DNA of 63,953 nt, filler included, from Octopus bimaculoides (lineage: Eukaryota), in the NCBI RefSeq assembly GCF_001194135.2. It is 8 parts of 8 records of this genome, joined end to end, with 100 filler letters (N's around TTAATTAATTAA, not from the genome) between each part and the next. Parts side by side here need not be neighbours in the genome. Positions count along the whole stretch, not along the records: positions 10,026 to 25,622 come from NC_068991.1; 7 more parts are not named here. One strand, written 5' to 3'. The notes below the pieces were generated by a model. It worked only from the letters and a program-made list of their open reading frames with translations, was not told where the DNA came from and made no database searches. A program made the translations under genes and the position numbers. Below are positions 11,234-24,360 of the stretch, one piece after another (the first letter of the stretch is position 1; every line of letters begins with the position of its first letter).

Positions 11234-12540
11234 GATCTTTGTGCTTATCACCAATTTATCATTTTCGTATCCTGATAAAGATGATATTTTGAACCTACCC
11301 TTGTAAGGAATTAATAACAGTGATGTAGTGTAGCTGGTATGCTCATAAATTGAGTCCAAAGACTCAGGTTCAATTCACAGCCAAAGCAATTTCAGTAACG
11401 ATCTCAACAAATGCATAAATGTTATAACATCCAAGCATTCACCCGCAGAATCACTAAGTTTGGTTGATAAATATATATGACCTAGGGTTAAATAGCAACA
11501 TTACAAATTAATCTGGGCTAATGAGAGAGCCTCTATATGGTCACTGAAGCTGCTTGATTTTCCTCAAGTCCTGTCTTAAGTCACATAGGTCCAAGATGCC
11601 ATCAGTGAACTATGGTTTCCTTTTTCCTGCTTCACATTAACATTTCTAGAGCCATTTCCAGAAGTGTTTCCTTGATGTCAGTTTATTTTTTCTTCTAAAA
11701 GCCACCCACTTTTGACTCAAACACCACTGCAACCCTGGAATATTATTTAGTTGGTCTATATCATGTGACTTTTGTATTTGAGTTTTAATGGGTTTTTGAC
11801 CCACTAATTTAATGTAAAATTCAGTCATCAGTTTAGTGATGGTACCACCAGTGTGGTAAATTCACTATCTGCGTAGCCTGTTGCTATAACAGGGCGGAGT
11901 ATTCACAGTCTGTGACAATTTTGGCAGTGGTGGCTTGTTGATCACTGTGTCTGTGTGTTAGTTCAATAGTAATTGGTATACAGAGATAGACAGACAAAAC
12001 TCAACTTGTTCAATAATAAAGCTTATTCACAGCAGTGGGTTATGTACAACGTTAATGTCATGTACAAGAGTTCTGGTGAAGAAGTGTTTTGTGTTCTTAT
12101 AGAGTTGTCTATAGTGTGGTAGTGGTGAATGAATGAATGCGTGAAGACATTAGATGTGCTTTGCGTATATAGAAAGAGTCTTGATAGAAATGTTTCTAGT
12201 AAGCATGAGATGATAGCATTGAGTTTGGTCGATTCTGCTGGCGCGTGTGGAAGAAGGGTTGTTCTTGTATGTGAGATGTCAGCGCAAATACGATAGAACC
12301 AAACTACCAGCCGGGAGTCCTTCAGAGAAACGAAGTGAAAGGAACTCAATTAAACATGGTGCCAGCCACATTATATAAGTGACAATCAGTTGTAGTGGAG
12401 AGCTCCTGTTAGAGGGAGCCTATTTATTCGACCAATCAGAGACTGAGTAGAGCTGTAAACTTACAGGGCCGTTTGAGCCTACCTGAGATTAAAAATGTAT
12501 GTTTTAAGCTAATGCTAATACAGTCATGCTACAGAGTCCT

Positions 12541-12780
12541 TTTCAGTTTGAGCCTCATTGTCACTAAGACCAAATTATGATCACTGTTGACACCCACACC
12601 AAGGAAAGTTCTAGTCCTAGCCTTGTTGATGCAGTACTTGAACTTTTGAAGCCCAAGAATGAAGTCAATCTGGTTGTGAGTTTTGCTACTGGGTGCATGC
12701 TATGTTGTTCTGCATGAGGTCCTGTGAGGGAACAGAGTGTTGGTTAAGGTCAGCTTGTGAGTGCTAGCAAATTCTAGGAG
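12541..12780 (-). pseudogene. LINE apurinic-like endonuclease fragment (RTE-type)
   Basis: A single frame reads LLEFASTHKLTLTNTLFPHRTSCRTT*HAPSSKTHNQIDFILGLQKFKYCINKARTRTFLGVGVNSDHNLVLVTMRLKLK. It contains the NT.F, QID.IL and SDH motifs and one TAG at a Trp position. Confidence 0.85.
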
Positions 12781-14483
12781 TTTCAGAGACCATTCTCGAC
12801 CTCACCTAGTAACTGCTTCAACTGGCAGGGTAAACATAGTGAGTGACTGAACACTTAGAGAGGAGATGTTCACTACCAAGCATTTCTAAGGTCCACTGAA
12901 ATGTCATAATTGACACAGAGTCAAGACATGTTTCCTTAATGCATATTAGATAAAGAGAAAGTAAAGAAAATAAGGTAGGAATTATTAAAATTCAATGTTG
13001 TTTTTAAATATGTTTATTCATGTGGAAATATATCTGTGCACGCGCGCACACACACACACATGAATGCAGATACTAAAAAGAAGGAGAGACAGACAAAGAA
13101 AGAGAGAGAGGTATTGTTGTTACAACATTAATCCAATGAGTCATTACTAAATATGTACCACCTCAGTTTTCCTTGCTCTCCCTCTTTCTTTCCATCATTG
13201 TCCCCATGTCTCTTTTTTTCCTTCTTTTCATTAGTTGACTCCGACCCCTCTCCCTCTCCTATTTACTTTCAAACCTTTATTCTTTAACTGATTTCTGTCA
13301 TTGAACTCCAACAATGCTAGTACAACCTTCAAGGTCTAATCTGTTATAATAGCCCCCAGTATTCACTGTTTACAGTTTATTTACTTGACAACCTCTATTA
13401 CCAAATCACTAAGTTGCTGGGACATACAAAGACAGCATAAACAATACCAGCTTAAGTGTGTGTGTGTGTGTGTGTGCAGGCGTGTACATACAAACATGTG
13501 CGCACGCACATACACACACGTGTGCGCGCACATACACACACGTGTGCATGCACACACACACACACATTATATATATATGAAACATCAAATTGAGGGACAT
13601 GGTTCTGAAACAGAAAGTTTTATTTACTGCAAGCTGAATAAGAAGAGAATTAATTTAGATAAAATGAGTTCAGATTTGTGTCAGGATGAAATGCTATACT
13701 TGGGCTTTTGAAACTAGTTTAAGCACAAAGGAAAATATATTTTAAAAAAAGGATGAGAGAATGACTGAGATACACAAAAGGAGTGTTTTGTTGACCCAAC
13801 ACAAAGCACATTTCATTAATGCATGTTTTCATTTTTTCTTCCCCTCTCTTCTCTTTCAATTATCTTGCTGATGTGTCTTTTTTATTTTCCTTGCTCTACC
13901 TCAGTGATGTCTCTTTCAGCTCTTCTTGTTCTGTGTTCAAGTGCTACTGAGGTCAACTTCACTTTTTATTCTTTTGCAGGTGAATGAAATAAGTACCAGT
14001 TCAGCATTGGGATCAATGTAATTGACTTCCCTGGCCCCTCAAAAACGCTGGCTTTGTACCAAAGTTACAAAGGATTGTTCTGACTCAGTTCACATCACTT
14101 GTTTTCCTTTATTACAGTCAAAACACATGCACTCCCACACAAAGACTTTTTCATGTGATCACTTAAAATATGAAGAGATTTGTTTTTGCATGTGGCTTTT
14201 GCATAAACCACTCATACTTAGCAACCTGGAGAATATCTCTGAAATGGTATCATCATCATCATCATCATTTAACGTCTGTTTTCCATGCTTTCATGGATTG
14301 GACAGTTTGACTGGTGCTGGTAAGGTTATGGGTCACACCAGGCACCATTGTCCATCCTGGAATACTTTCTATGACTGGATGTCCTTCCTAATGCCAATCA
14401 CTCCACAGAGTGTACTGGGTATTTTTAAAATGGTACCAGCATGAGTGCTTTTTACATGGCACCATGCATTGTATTACATTTAT

Positions 14484-14655
14484 CATTTATCTACACTCTC
14501 GGAGTGGTTGGCGTTAGGAAGGGCATCCAGCTGTAGAAACTCTGCCAAATCAGATTGGAGCCTGGTGTAGCCATCTGGTTCACCAGTCCTCAGTCAAATT
14601 GTCCAACCCATGCTAGCATGGAAAGCAGACGTTAAATGATGATGATGATGATGAT
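14484..14655 (+). mobile_element. RTE-associated 3' module with a (GAT)n tail (representative copy)
   Basis: CACTCTCGGAGTGGTTGGCGTTAGGAAGGGCATCCAGC...GTTAAATGATGATGATG. Related copies at about 5540-5690, 6200-6360, 7845-8020, 15080-15280, 25540-25622 and 28620-28795. Confidence 0.75.
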
Positions 14656-15257
14656 GTTGCAGTAGTTATTAATAGAAAAACAAGGTGGAGATAAAAGATT
14701 GTGAGAGCCATTTGCCATCACTAAGGGAACAGTTGGCAATGTATTAGCAAAGAGTTTAGCATGCTGGAAGGTATTCATTAGGGCTCAGTTCTCTGGTTCC
14801 TCCTGTTTGTTATAGCTCTTTGCTGTAACAGCAGAGATATTTAACAAGTGAAGTTTTCTGTGATACAAATTTATTCATATAAAATAAATTTGTTATAGCC
14901 ATTTATTTACTGTTAGGCTGCCAATTATAGTAAACTGAATGATTACATGGAGCCTCAGTTGTTGGCTCCTTACCAATGAAGTGTTTTTTAAACTCAAAGT
15001 TCTATGTTATCAAGCAGCCCTTGTCAAGCAGTCCAATACTCAATGGCTTTTCACTCATGACCATTCCACCTATTTTAGGTATAAACATCATCATCGTCAT
15101 CATCATCCTCATTTAACATTCATTTTCCATATTAGCAAGAGTTGGATGGTTTGACAGAAGCTGGTAAGGCCTGGAGCATACTGGGCTCCATTGTCTGTTT
15201 TAGCATGGTTTCTACCATTGGATGCCCTTCCTAATGCCAACTACTTTACAGAGTGTA

Positions 15258-15415
15258 CTGGGTGCTTTTTACATGACTCCAGTATCAGTGCTTTTTATGT
15301 GGAACCAGCACCAGTGTTTTTTATGTGACACCAGCACCAGTGCTTTTTGCATGGTACTAGTACCAGTGTTTTTCTATGTGGCATCACCACAAGTGCTTTT
15401 TGCATGGTACCATCA
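15258..15415. repeat. Degenerate tandem array, unit about 26 bp (CACCAGTGCTTTTTATGTGACACCAG-like), about 6 units
   Basis: GTGCTTTTT or GTGTTTTT recurs at about 26-nt spacing, attached to an RTE-3' module. Confidence 0.7.
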
Positions 15416-16257
15416 CTGACAGGGTCACCATGTACCTTGCAAGAAAAAAATGTATATCTAATATTACATTATTCAATGTTTTCTTCTTTGTTATAAATGA
15501 CAGGTTGTAGTTTGAGTGAGATTTGGCAGCTATTTCTATCAGATCAAGTAACCAAGTAGATATTTTCATGTTGGTTCATTAACTTCTGTATTATTCTTGT
15601 TAAGCTCCAACTCAGTCCTGTTCAAATAATTTTATGAATCAAAGGGAACTAACTATGAATAATCCAGCTTTATCAGACAAAGTTCTTTCTATTACTTTAT
15701 CCAATGTATCCTTTTCTTTTTCAGATGGTTGGATGTAATTTGGAGAGGATTTGGCTGCTATTTCTTGCAGGGCCTCCTACATTGATTCCTTAAATAGTGT
15801 GAGTGTTGACATGTTGATTGGGGAAACAACCTTCAAGTATTTTTTTTCCAGAGTAAGCACAAAAGATGTATTCAGCATAGAACTGATCTGACACTGGTGT
15901 AAAAAATAAATTCAAGTAAAATTGAAACCTGTCCTTTATGGCTGACCACTGATGATCTCATCACCACCACCACCGCCAACACTGCTGCCACCGCCGCCGC
16001 TGCCGCCACCAACACCACTACTACCACCACCACCATCATCATCATTTTTCATGCTTGCTTGGGTCAGGCAGAAATTATTGAGATAGATTTTCCATAGCTG
16101 GATGCCCTCCCTGTCATCAACCTTCACCTGTTTCCAAGTAAGGTAATATTTTCCCATGGCCAGACATGTTTTTCATGGAAGACTGAAAACAAACAACCCC
16201 ACCAGTATGCTGATGATGGTCATTTACAACCATCATGTGAAGTCTAGAAAAGGGTAA

Positions 16258-16294
<37 letters not shown>

Positions 16295-16399
16295 ATGGGC
16301 TTCTTTCAGTTTCCGTCTACCGAATCTATTCATAAAGCCCAAGGCCATTGTAGAAGATGCTAGCCTAAAGTACCTTGCAGTGAGACTGAACCAAAGACC

Positions 16400-16914
16400 A
16401 CATAGTTGGAAAACCAGCTTCTTAGAATTGGTTGGTGCTGCAACTCTTGAAGTGAAGCCACTATAGCTGAAAAGGTGGTTAATGATTGGCTGAGCATCTG
16501 CTAATGTTTGTGTGTTACAAGGGCACAGTCATCTGCAAACAGTAAATCAGTGACAATCGTTCTACTACTATTGCTAGACAATGGTCTGGGTGTCTATAGT
16601 TAAAGAACCCACTATCAAATTGGAAATAGATGCCCACCTTTACCATCCAAATCACCAAATGCTGATGGAGAATCTGAGGCTGATGTAGATGCAGATGAGC
16701 ATCATATCCTAGAACTTACTCTCAATAAACTCTGATTTATGGAAACATTTTTATTAACGTTCCAGAGCTTCAGGTATTCATGTGTATTGATGAGAAGTGG
16801 AATTATGCAGTATTGAACTTACTTCAACAAACACAATCCATGAGATTTCCTGACAAAAAATTTAGGATAGGTTAACATCTTGATAGCATTGCTTATCCTT
16901 GTAACCATAGTGGT
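16400..16914 (-). pseudogene. Decayed RTE-type reverse transcriptase fragment
   Basis: Minus strand reads TDLLFADDCAL (FADD at 16539-16528) with a degenerate upstream RT region. The adjacent SINE inserted at 16915-16928. Confidence 0.7.
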
Positions 16915-16927
16915 ATGTAGCTCCATT

Positions 16928-17308
16928 GTGGAGGCGTAATGGCCCGGTGGTTAGGGCAGTGGACTCGCAGTCATAGGATCGCGGTTTCAATTCCCAGACC
17001 GGGTGTTGTGAGTGTTTATTGAGCAAAAACACCTAAAGCTCCACGAGGCTCCGGCAGGGGATGGTGGTGAACCCTGCTGTACTCATTCACCACAACTTTC
17101 TCTCACTCTTTCTTCCTGTTTCTGTTGTGCCTGTAATTCAAAGGGCCAGCCTTGTCACAATGTCTCATGCTGAATATCCCCGAGAACTATGTTAAGGGTA
17201 CACGTGTCTGTGGAGTGCTCAGCCACTTGCATGTTAATTTCCTGAGCAGGCTGTTCCGTTGATCAGATCAACTGGAACCCTTGACGTCGTAAGTGACGTA
17301 GTGCCAAC
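16928..17308 (+). mobile_element. Full-length family-C SINE
   Basis: Near-identical to 20044-20410. Perfect 13-bp TSD ATGTAGCTCCATT at 16915-16927 and 17309-17321. Confidence 0.92.
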
Positions 17309-17886
17309 ATGTAGCTCCATTGATGTTAGTTCCCATTTTACATTTCACCTATTCTAAAGCTATGTATAGAATCAACATTCACATTTTCCAGATCCACTTC
17401 GGTTATCATCATCATCATCATTTCTACTGCTAGATACCCTTCTAATGCCAACTACTTTATAGAGTGTACTGGGTGCTTTTTTTAATGTTACCAGTACTAA
17501 TAAGGTTGCTAAGTAACTCACAAGAGAGGATCCTTTGATTGAGGTGGATGCAGTATTGAGGAAGAAGGCTTGTGTCATGTGTTAAAAGGCAAGATTATAA
17601 TTGAGAGATAGGAACAGGTGCTGTAGAGGAGATAGATGGTAACCCCAGTTGGAAAAAGGAGAGAAGATGATGGTGGTGTCAGGACATACCTTCAAGGTTC
17701 AAGAGGATGAATTTGGTGGTGATGGGGACAGGGGAATTTTCAGTGTTTTTCCTTCACTAATTTTAAAGATTTTCCCAGTAACAACAAATATTTTGATTAT
17801 TTAATCTTTCCTTCCTACCTGATCTACAGATTATATTCTCTCTCTTACTCATCTTCCTCTACCTTGAAAAGTGCACTCTGGTACTC

Positions 17887-18250
17887 AGTGGTTAGGGCAG
17901 CGGACTCGCGGTCTTAGGATCGCGGTTTCGATCCCCAGACCCAGCGGTTGTGAGTGTTTATTGAGCGAAAACACCTAAAGGTCCACAAGGCTTCGGCAGG
18001 GGATGGTAGTGAACCCTGCTGTACTCTTCCACCACAACTTTCTCTCACTCTTTCTTTCTGTTTCTATTGTGCCTGTAATTCAAAGGGTCAGCCTTGTCAC
18101 ACTGTGTCACACTGAATATCCCGAGAACTATGTTAAGGGTACATGTGTCTGTGGAGTGCTCAGCCACTTGCACGTTAATTTCACGAGTAGGCTGTTCCGT
18201 CGATCGGATCAACTGGAACCCTCGACGTCGCAAGCGACAGAGTGCCAACA
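17887..18250 (+). mobile_element. Slightly 5'-truncated family-C SINE
   Basis: Begins inside the A-box. 7-bp TSD GGTACTC at 17880-17886 and 18251-18257. Confidence 0.88.
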
Positions 18251-19559
18251 GGTACTCTGTTACCACTATCTTTATCTCTCTTCCTACTACTACCAATCAT
18301 CCTCACATCTATAGCAAGACACTTGTGCTTGCCTTCCTTCTTCACACTTTAGTTTTCAACACCTGCCATAAAACCACTGCCTCCTCTCTCAAATACACTC
18401 CCATTTAACCAAAATGACTTTTCCTTTCTTTATTTTGTCTTGCAAGTTACTCAGCAACCTCAACAATGCATGACAAAAAGCACCCAGTACACACTGTAAA
18501 GTGGTTGGTATTAGAAAGGGCATCCAGTCATAGAAACCATGCCAAAGCTGACATTGGGACTGGACACTGCTCTGTTGTTCATCAGATCCTATCCAGCCAT
18601 CCATCCATACCATGCTAGTAAGAAAATGAACATTAAACAATAATGATGAATCTATAACAGTAGAACAAATCCCATACCAACTTGCTGGCATTCTCAGATT
18701 AGAGAAATTTTTATATGTTCAGTGTGAACTTTTGGTGGCTAATGATTGTAAGGGGGAAAAAAATAGGGAGGAAAGGAAAAATTGAAACTGTGAGGAGTCA
18801 GATTGGTGTGAAAATGCTTAATATTATGTCAGTGAGTATAAGTTGCAGAAGATACAACAAAAGGAGAAGAATTAGGTGCCATGGGTTAGCTTGCTAATTC
18901 AGAAGTACAGAGGCTGTTTTAGTAATGTTGTGTAACTTTAGCACCTTAGTTACAAATGGTCAAGTAATCTAACTATTGTTTTTGCGTTACTTATTTTTCT
19001 TGTTTTAAATGCCACCATGATATTTGAATGGTATTTGAAAACAACAGCAAATGCCTCTTTTATTCAGTAAAAGAGTAGAATATGAGAGAAAAGTTACACA
19101 AGTTTTAAAACAGTAGAATATATTTTACACTGTGAGGAATAATAAGAGAAATTTAGCATTGTGTAGAGTGATATAGTATAAATAAGGTCAGAATAATGCA
19201 AGTGAGAAAATTACTATGGCAGTGAGAAGTAAGAGAGAAGGAAGATGAGGTAAAAGAAGAATGGAAAGTAAAAAGTATGGAAGGAGGAGGAAGAAGTGGA
19301 GGGGAGCAACAGTGAGGAGGAAGAGAGAATTGACATTCTTTTTTCTAACCTCTAGAATACAACAGAGAACTTGTTGTACTAATTAAATGGTAACAACATA
19401 TATCATATAGTCAGAGCTATAGCATAAAGATAAGGCTTTCCCTTTCTGGTTGGGGAAATATTTTGTCTGATCATGGAGTGGGTGTGAATTCACCCAGCAA
19501 TGGAATGCTTCAAATATCTTGGAAAAAGTTACCATATTACATATTTAAATTCTGGATCA

Positions 19560-19799
19560 CATATCAAGACTCTAAAACACTCACACACATGTATGCATGC
19601 ACACAGATGCATGGTTGCATGCACATGTGCACACACACACACACACACACATGCACACACTCATTCATACACTCACACACTCATGCACACCACACTCTCA
19701 CACACTCATTCATACATATACACATGCATACACTCATTCATACACTCACACATATGCACACACTCACTCACACACCCACACACACTCAATTCACATGTG

Positions 19800-19832
<33 letters not shown>

Positions 19833-19950
19833 TAACATGCATACACTCACTCATGAACTCACACACCCACACCTCATGCACTCACACACACTCAATGCAC
19901 ACACATACACACACTAAAACACATACTTCCCCCCACACACATACAATACT
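19560..19950. repeat. Degenerate (CA)n/(CT)n low-complexity tract
   Basis: Compound CACA/CTCA runs; the source of the His/Thr-rich spurious ORFs. Confidence 0.9.
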
Positions 19951-20043
19951 CCTCAAAAAGCAAATATTATATACTTAAGAATAGATTATACTTCAGTCTA
20001 ATGCTTCAACTATTTGCCTATTAATCTGTGAAAACTATATGCA

Positions 20044-20410
20044 GTGGAGGCGCAATGGTCCAGTGGTTAGGGCAGCGGACTCGCGGTTTCAATTCCCAGA
20101 CCGGGCGTTGTGAGTGTTTATTGAGCGAAAACACCTAAAGCTCCACGAGGCTCCGGCAGGGGATGGTGGCGACCCCTGCTGTACTCTTTCACCACAACTT
20201 TCTCTCACTCTTACTTCCTGTTTCTGTTGTACCTGTAATTCAAAGGGCCAGCCTTGTCACACTGTGTCACGCTGAATATCCCCGAGAACTACGTTAAGGG
20301 TACACGTGTCTGTCGAGTGCTCAGCCACTTGCACGTTAATTTCACGAGCAGGCTGTTCCGTTGATCGGATCAACTGGAACCCTCGACGACGTAAGCGATG
20401 GAGTGCCAAC
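20044..20410 (+). mobile_element. Full-length, CpG-intact family-C SINE
   Basis: TSD AACTATATGCA at 20033-20043 and 20411-20421. Confidence 0.92.
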
Positions 20411-23304
20411 AACTATATGCAGTGCAGGGATGGATTAAGTCTGTAACTGTGTAAATGTAATTCAAAATATAGACAAAAATAAACCATAAAATAAACTTGT
20501 ATTTTTCAAAATGAAACAAAACTAACAGTAAGATGAAGAATAATATTATTCTTACGTACTTCCTCTTTATTTATATTTGAAAAATTTTCTCCTACTTTTT
20601 TCAATTTTCTTTGATCAGATTCTCACCAGGACACAATGAACATTTCAAAATTACATTTCCAATATTATAAACTACTTTGAACATTATTTTAGCGAGTTTA
20701 CAGTAATTTCTTTTGTGTCGTAAACCATCTACCTTTTCTTTGCTACCCTACTTCTTTTGATGCCCTAAACTTAATGGTTAATCCAGCACTGACCATATTA
20801 ACCACCACTGCTGAGGCTATGACCTTACATTGACTTATCCACTACTGAGCCATCTCCTCTCTTTGCCCACATTAAATGACATACAACACTTCAGGTACTA
20901 ATTAACCCATTAGCATTCAGATTACTCTGTCAAACTCTCTTTTACTCTCTTTTACTTGTTTCAGTCATTTGACTGCGGCCATGCCGGAGCATCGCCTTTT
21001 TAGTTGAGCAAATCGACCCCAGGACTTATTCTTTGGAAGCCTAGTACTTATTCTATCAATCACTTTTGCTGAACCGCTAAGTTATGGGGACGTAAACACA
21101 TCACCATTGGTTGTCAAGCGATGCTGGGGTGACAAACACAGACACACAAACATACACACACATACATATACATATATATATACATATATACGACGGGCTT
21201 CTTTCAGTTTCCGTCTACCAAATCCACTCACAAGGTTTTGGTTGGCCCAAGGCTATAGTAGAAGACACTGGCCCAAGGTGCCACGTAGTGGGAATGAACC
21301 CGAAACCATGTGGTTGGTAGGCAAGCTACTTACCACACAGCCACTCCATGTAATATTTGTTAACTCTCTTGGAGCACCCAGGCCGATTAATCAGCCCGAG
21401 TGATACAAGCTGAAAGGACTTTGAGGCTGATCCCTTAGCCCAATGGAACAAATGTTGTAAATGGTTGGTTTTGAAGTGTAATAGTTAATCACATATTGTC
21501 TTTCAGTAGATGTATCCCAATAGAAAAATATTTTGGTCTTTTCAGCTACACATACCAAAACACCATATGTCTCAACAGGGTTAATATTGTTTTGAACTAA
21601 TCATATATTATCTCATAGCTTTGAGATTTTGTTTATGTGATTGCATACTTTTAGAATGACATTGTAGAGTAGGTGTGAGAAGTTAGATCTAGCCAGTTTG
21701 AATATAAAACAGATAGAATATTTAGCCTGGATATGGCTGGTTTAAATGCTAAAGGGTTTAATGGATCTTTTGATACCGAGCCTTCACTGTATGTGTGTGT
21801 GTGTACACGCATACACATAGATATAGTGTCACATCCAGTTTGCAGGTCTCACAGCTGTCGTAAAAATACTGTAATGAAATTGTCCAGGTGGAAACTCAGG
21901 AAAACCATTTCATTAGTTCATTGGAGTTATGCCCCTTGGATCGGGAGCAGAAAGAGCCTCCATGGATTATAGGAGATATTTGCCTAAAGGGTGGGATTGG
22001 GCTGAAGTAAAGGCAGGTGGGGTAAAGACGTTGGGGTGATGTCACTTCTGCATGAGCAGCCTGCACATACCCTTGCACATTCATTGTTTCATTGAGATGC
22101 ACACATTTTCATAGATCTGTTGTGCCACTATTGGATTGGTTATTTGTTTCTCTGGAATCAGCCAAAGGATGCAGACATCTCTGATAGGACCCCAATAAAG
22201 ACTGAAAATCAATTAAGAGTGTTAATCATTTTCCAATCAATGGAATTATGGATAAACTTGATTTGATCCTATGTCTACATCTCTCTCTCTTTCTCTCTCA
22301 GCGAAATTTAGGTTAGTTAAAATGTTAGTGACATGTTTTAACTCCTAAAGGCAAATTCACTGCAGTTACTGAGGAGAAAAAAAACTCTCTCTCATGATAA
22401 AAAGATATAAAAACACCATATTTGTCCAGTGCTGCCCTCCTCTTATTCTCAGATGCTGTACTTCTAGCTTTTTAGTCATCATCAGCACAGGACAGATATG
22501 GTGCTTTTTACCACAAGAGAGAAATTTTTCTCCATGGTAACTGCAGTGTATTTGCCTTTAGAAGTTGGAATATGTCACAAACAACCTAAAGTTTGCTTAT
22601 GCCTAAAAACACTGCTCAGCGCTGGTACCAACAAAGTATACATACATACATACATATATATATATTTATATATATATATATATATNNNNNNNNNNNNNNN
22701 NNNNNNNNNNNNNNNNNNNNNNNNNNNNNNNNNNNNNNNNNNNNNNNNNNNNNNNNNNNNNNNNNNNNNNNNNNNNNNNNNNNNNNNNNNNNNNNNNNNN
22801 NNNNNNNNNNNNNNNNNNNNNNNNNNNNNNNNNNNNNNNNNNNNNNNNNNNNNNNNNNNNNNNNNNNNNNNNNNNNNNNNNNNNNNNNNNNNNNNNNNNN
22901 NNNNNNNNNNNNNNNNNNNNNNNNNNNNNNNNNNNNNNNNNNNNNNNNNNNNNNNNNNNNNNNNNNNNNNNNNNNNNNNNNNNNNNNNNNNNNNNNNNNN
23001 NNNNNNNNNNNNNNNNNNNNNNNNNNNNNNNNNNNNNNNNNNNNNNNNNNNNNNNNNNNNNNNNNNNNNNNNNNNNNNNNNNNNNNNNNNNNNNNNNNNN
23101 NNNNNNNNNNNNNNNNNNNNNNNNNNNNNNNNNNNNNNNNNNNNNNNNNNNNNNNNNNNNNNNNNNNNNNNNNNNNNNNNNNNNNNNNNNNNNNNNNNNN
23201 NNNNNNNNNNNNNNNNNNNNNNNNNNNNNNNNNNNNNNNNNNNNNNNNNNNNNATATATATATATATATATATATATAATTATATATATATATATATATA
23301 TTTA

Positions 23305-23526
23305 CAGGAAATTAATTAGTTAATTATATGGTGGCTACTTGTAAAGTGGCCAATGGTTTTGCATCTGTAAAGCGCTTAGCGTTTTAGACAACCTGTGAGA
23401 CCGCAACTGCTGTGGACTTATAACCTCCACAGCCATTGGAGTCTGACAAGTTGTCTATAAGGCTAAGCACTTTATGGAGGTGAAACCATTGGTCACTCTA
23501 TGATTGGCTATATAATTAACTTCCTG
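23305..23526. mobile_element. Palindromic MITE with Tc1/mariner-type ends
   Basis: TA|CAGGAA...TTCCTG|TA. GTTAATTATAT/ATATAATTAAC subterminal match. 71-bp inner arms (23346-23416 vs 23426-23496, 15 mismatches by my alignment) around a 9-nt loop. Confidence 0.75.
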
Positions 23527-23730
23527 TAAATACACTACTGCTCTAATGTTTAGAGTGTGCTTCTTTTTCAGATATATGGTTCACTGATGTTTTATATATG
23601 TATATACACACACATACAGACACAAAGACTTGGTAAATCTCCCAAAGTGTCCCTTTTCACTTCACTAGTATCCCCATCATGTACACATATGTGCTAGGTG
23701 TAAAAATATCTCTGGTAATTTCAAACCAAC

Positions 23731-24360
23731 AAAACTCCTGGTTCTCACAATGTCCCTGCCATTATCATTAAGCAATTGACCCAGACCTAACCTGTATCTT
23801 TGCCAACCTCTTCTTTCCACTTCTCTCTTTCCATTCTCACTTTCCATCTCCCTCACTCTTTATTGATCAATTCTGGTCTTTTGAAACACACTGTAGTATG
23901 TCCCATTTTCAAGAAGAGCAAAGACTAACCTTAGCAGTTATTGTCCTAACTCACTTTCAACACCTCAAAGCTATGCCAACAGCCTTTAACAACACCCGTC
24001 TCTAAAATGGCCACGACCACAGCATTTGTAAAGCAAGGTATACTGAAAATATTCTCTCCCATGCTACTCACCAGTGCGCCATTGTTAAATTTGGTGAAAA
24101 TATTGCTTTGTCTTGCACGCAAATTTTCTAAAAACCCTGTTCACCTATGGACTCTAGCAAACTCTTGTTTCATGGATCAGTGATTTCCAGTCAGATTGCA
24201 CCATCATGACATATGCTGGTAGAGCACTCACTCACTCACATGTTACTAATTCTCATGTGCCCAAGATTCGGTCTTCTCTCCCCCTTCCCCACACTCTTCT
24301 TCTTACACACCAATGACCTACATGGGATAATTTGCAATAGTATCTACTCCTATACAAATG
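23731..24360 (+). pseudogene. Heavily decayed non-LTR RT fragment (L2/CR1/Jockey-like)
   Basis: KTPGSHNVPAIIIK (cf. K.PG.DGI) at 23731, V.PIFKK at about 23900, and VP(Q)(G)SV...PTLF..YTNDL at about 24260-24320, with frameshifts. Confidence 0.6.

Noticed and set aside
11299-11481. 183-nt minus-strand segment with good splice sites and a single TGA, resembling a poison exon
   Set aside because: Part of it is the reverse complement of a degenerate tRNA-SINE-like head, and all three frames contain stops.
13455-13565. (TG)n...(CA)n alternating purine-pyrimidine palindrome (cruciform or Z-DNA)
   Set aside because: It is an expected by-product of compound microsatellites, which are everywhere in this window.
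22071-22201. 131-nt minus-strand segment with strong acceptor and donor
   Set aside because: All three frames contain stops. It may be a non-coding exon but cannot be supported without RNA data.
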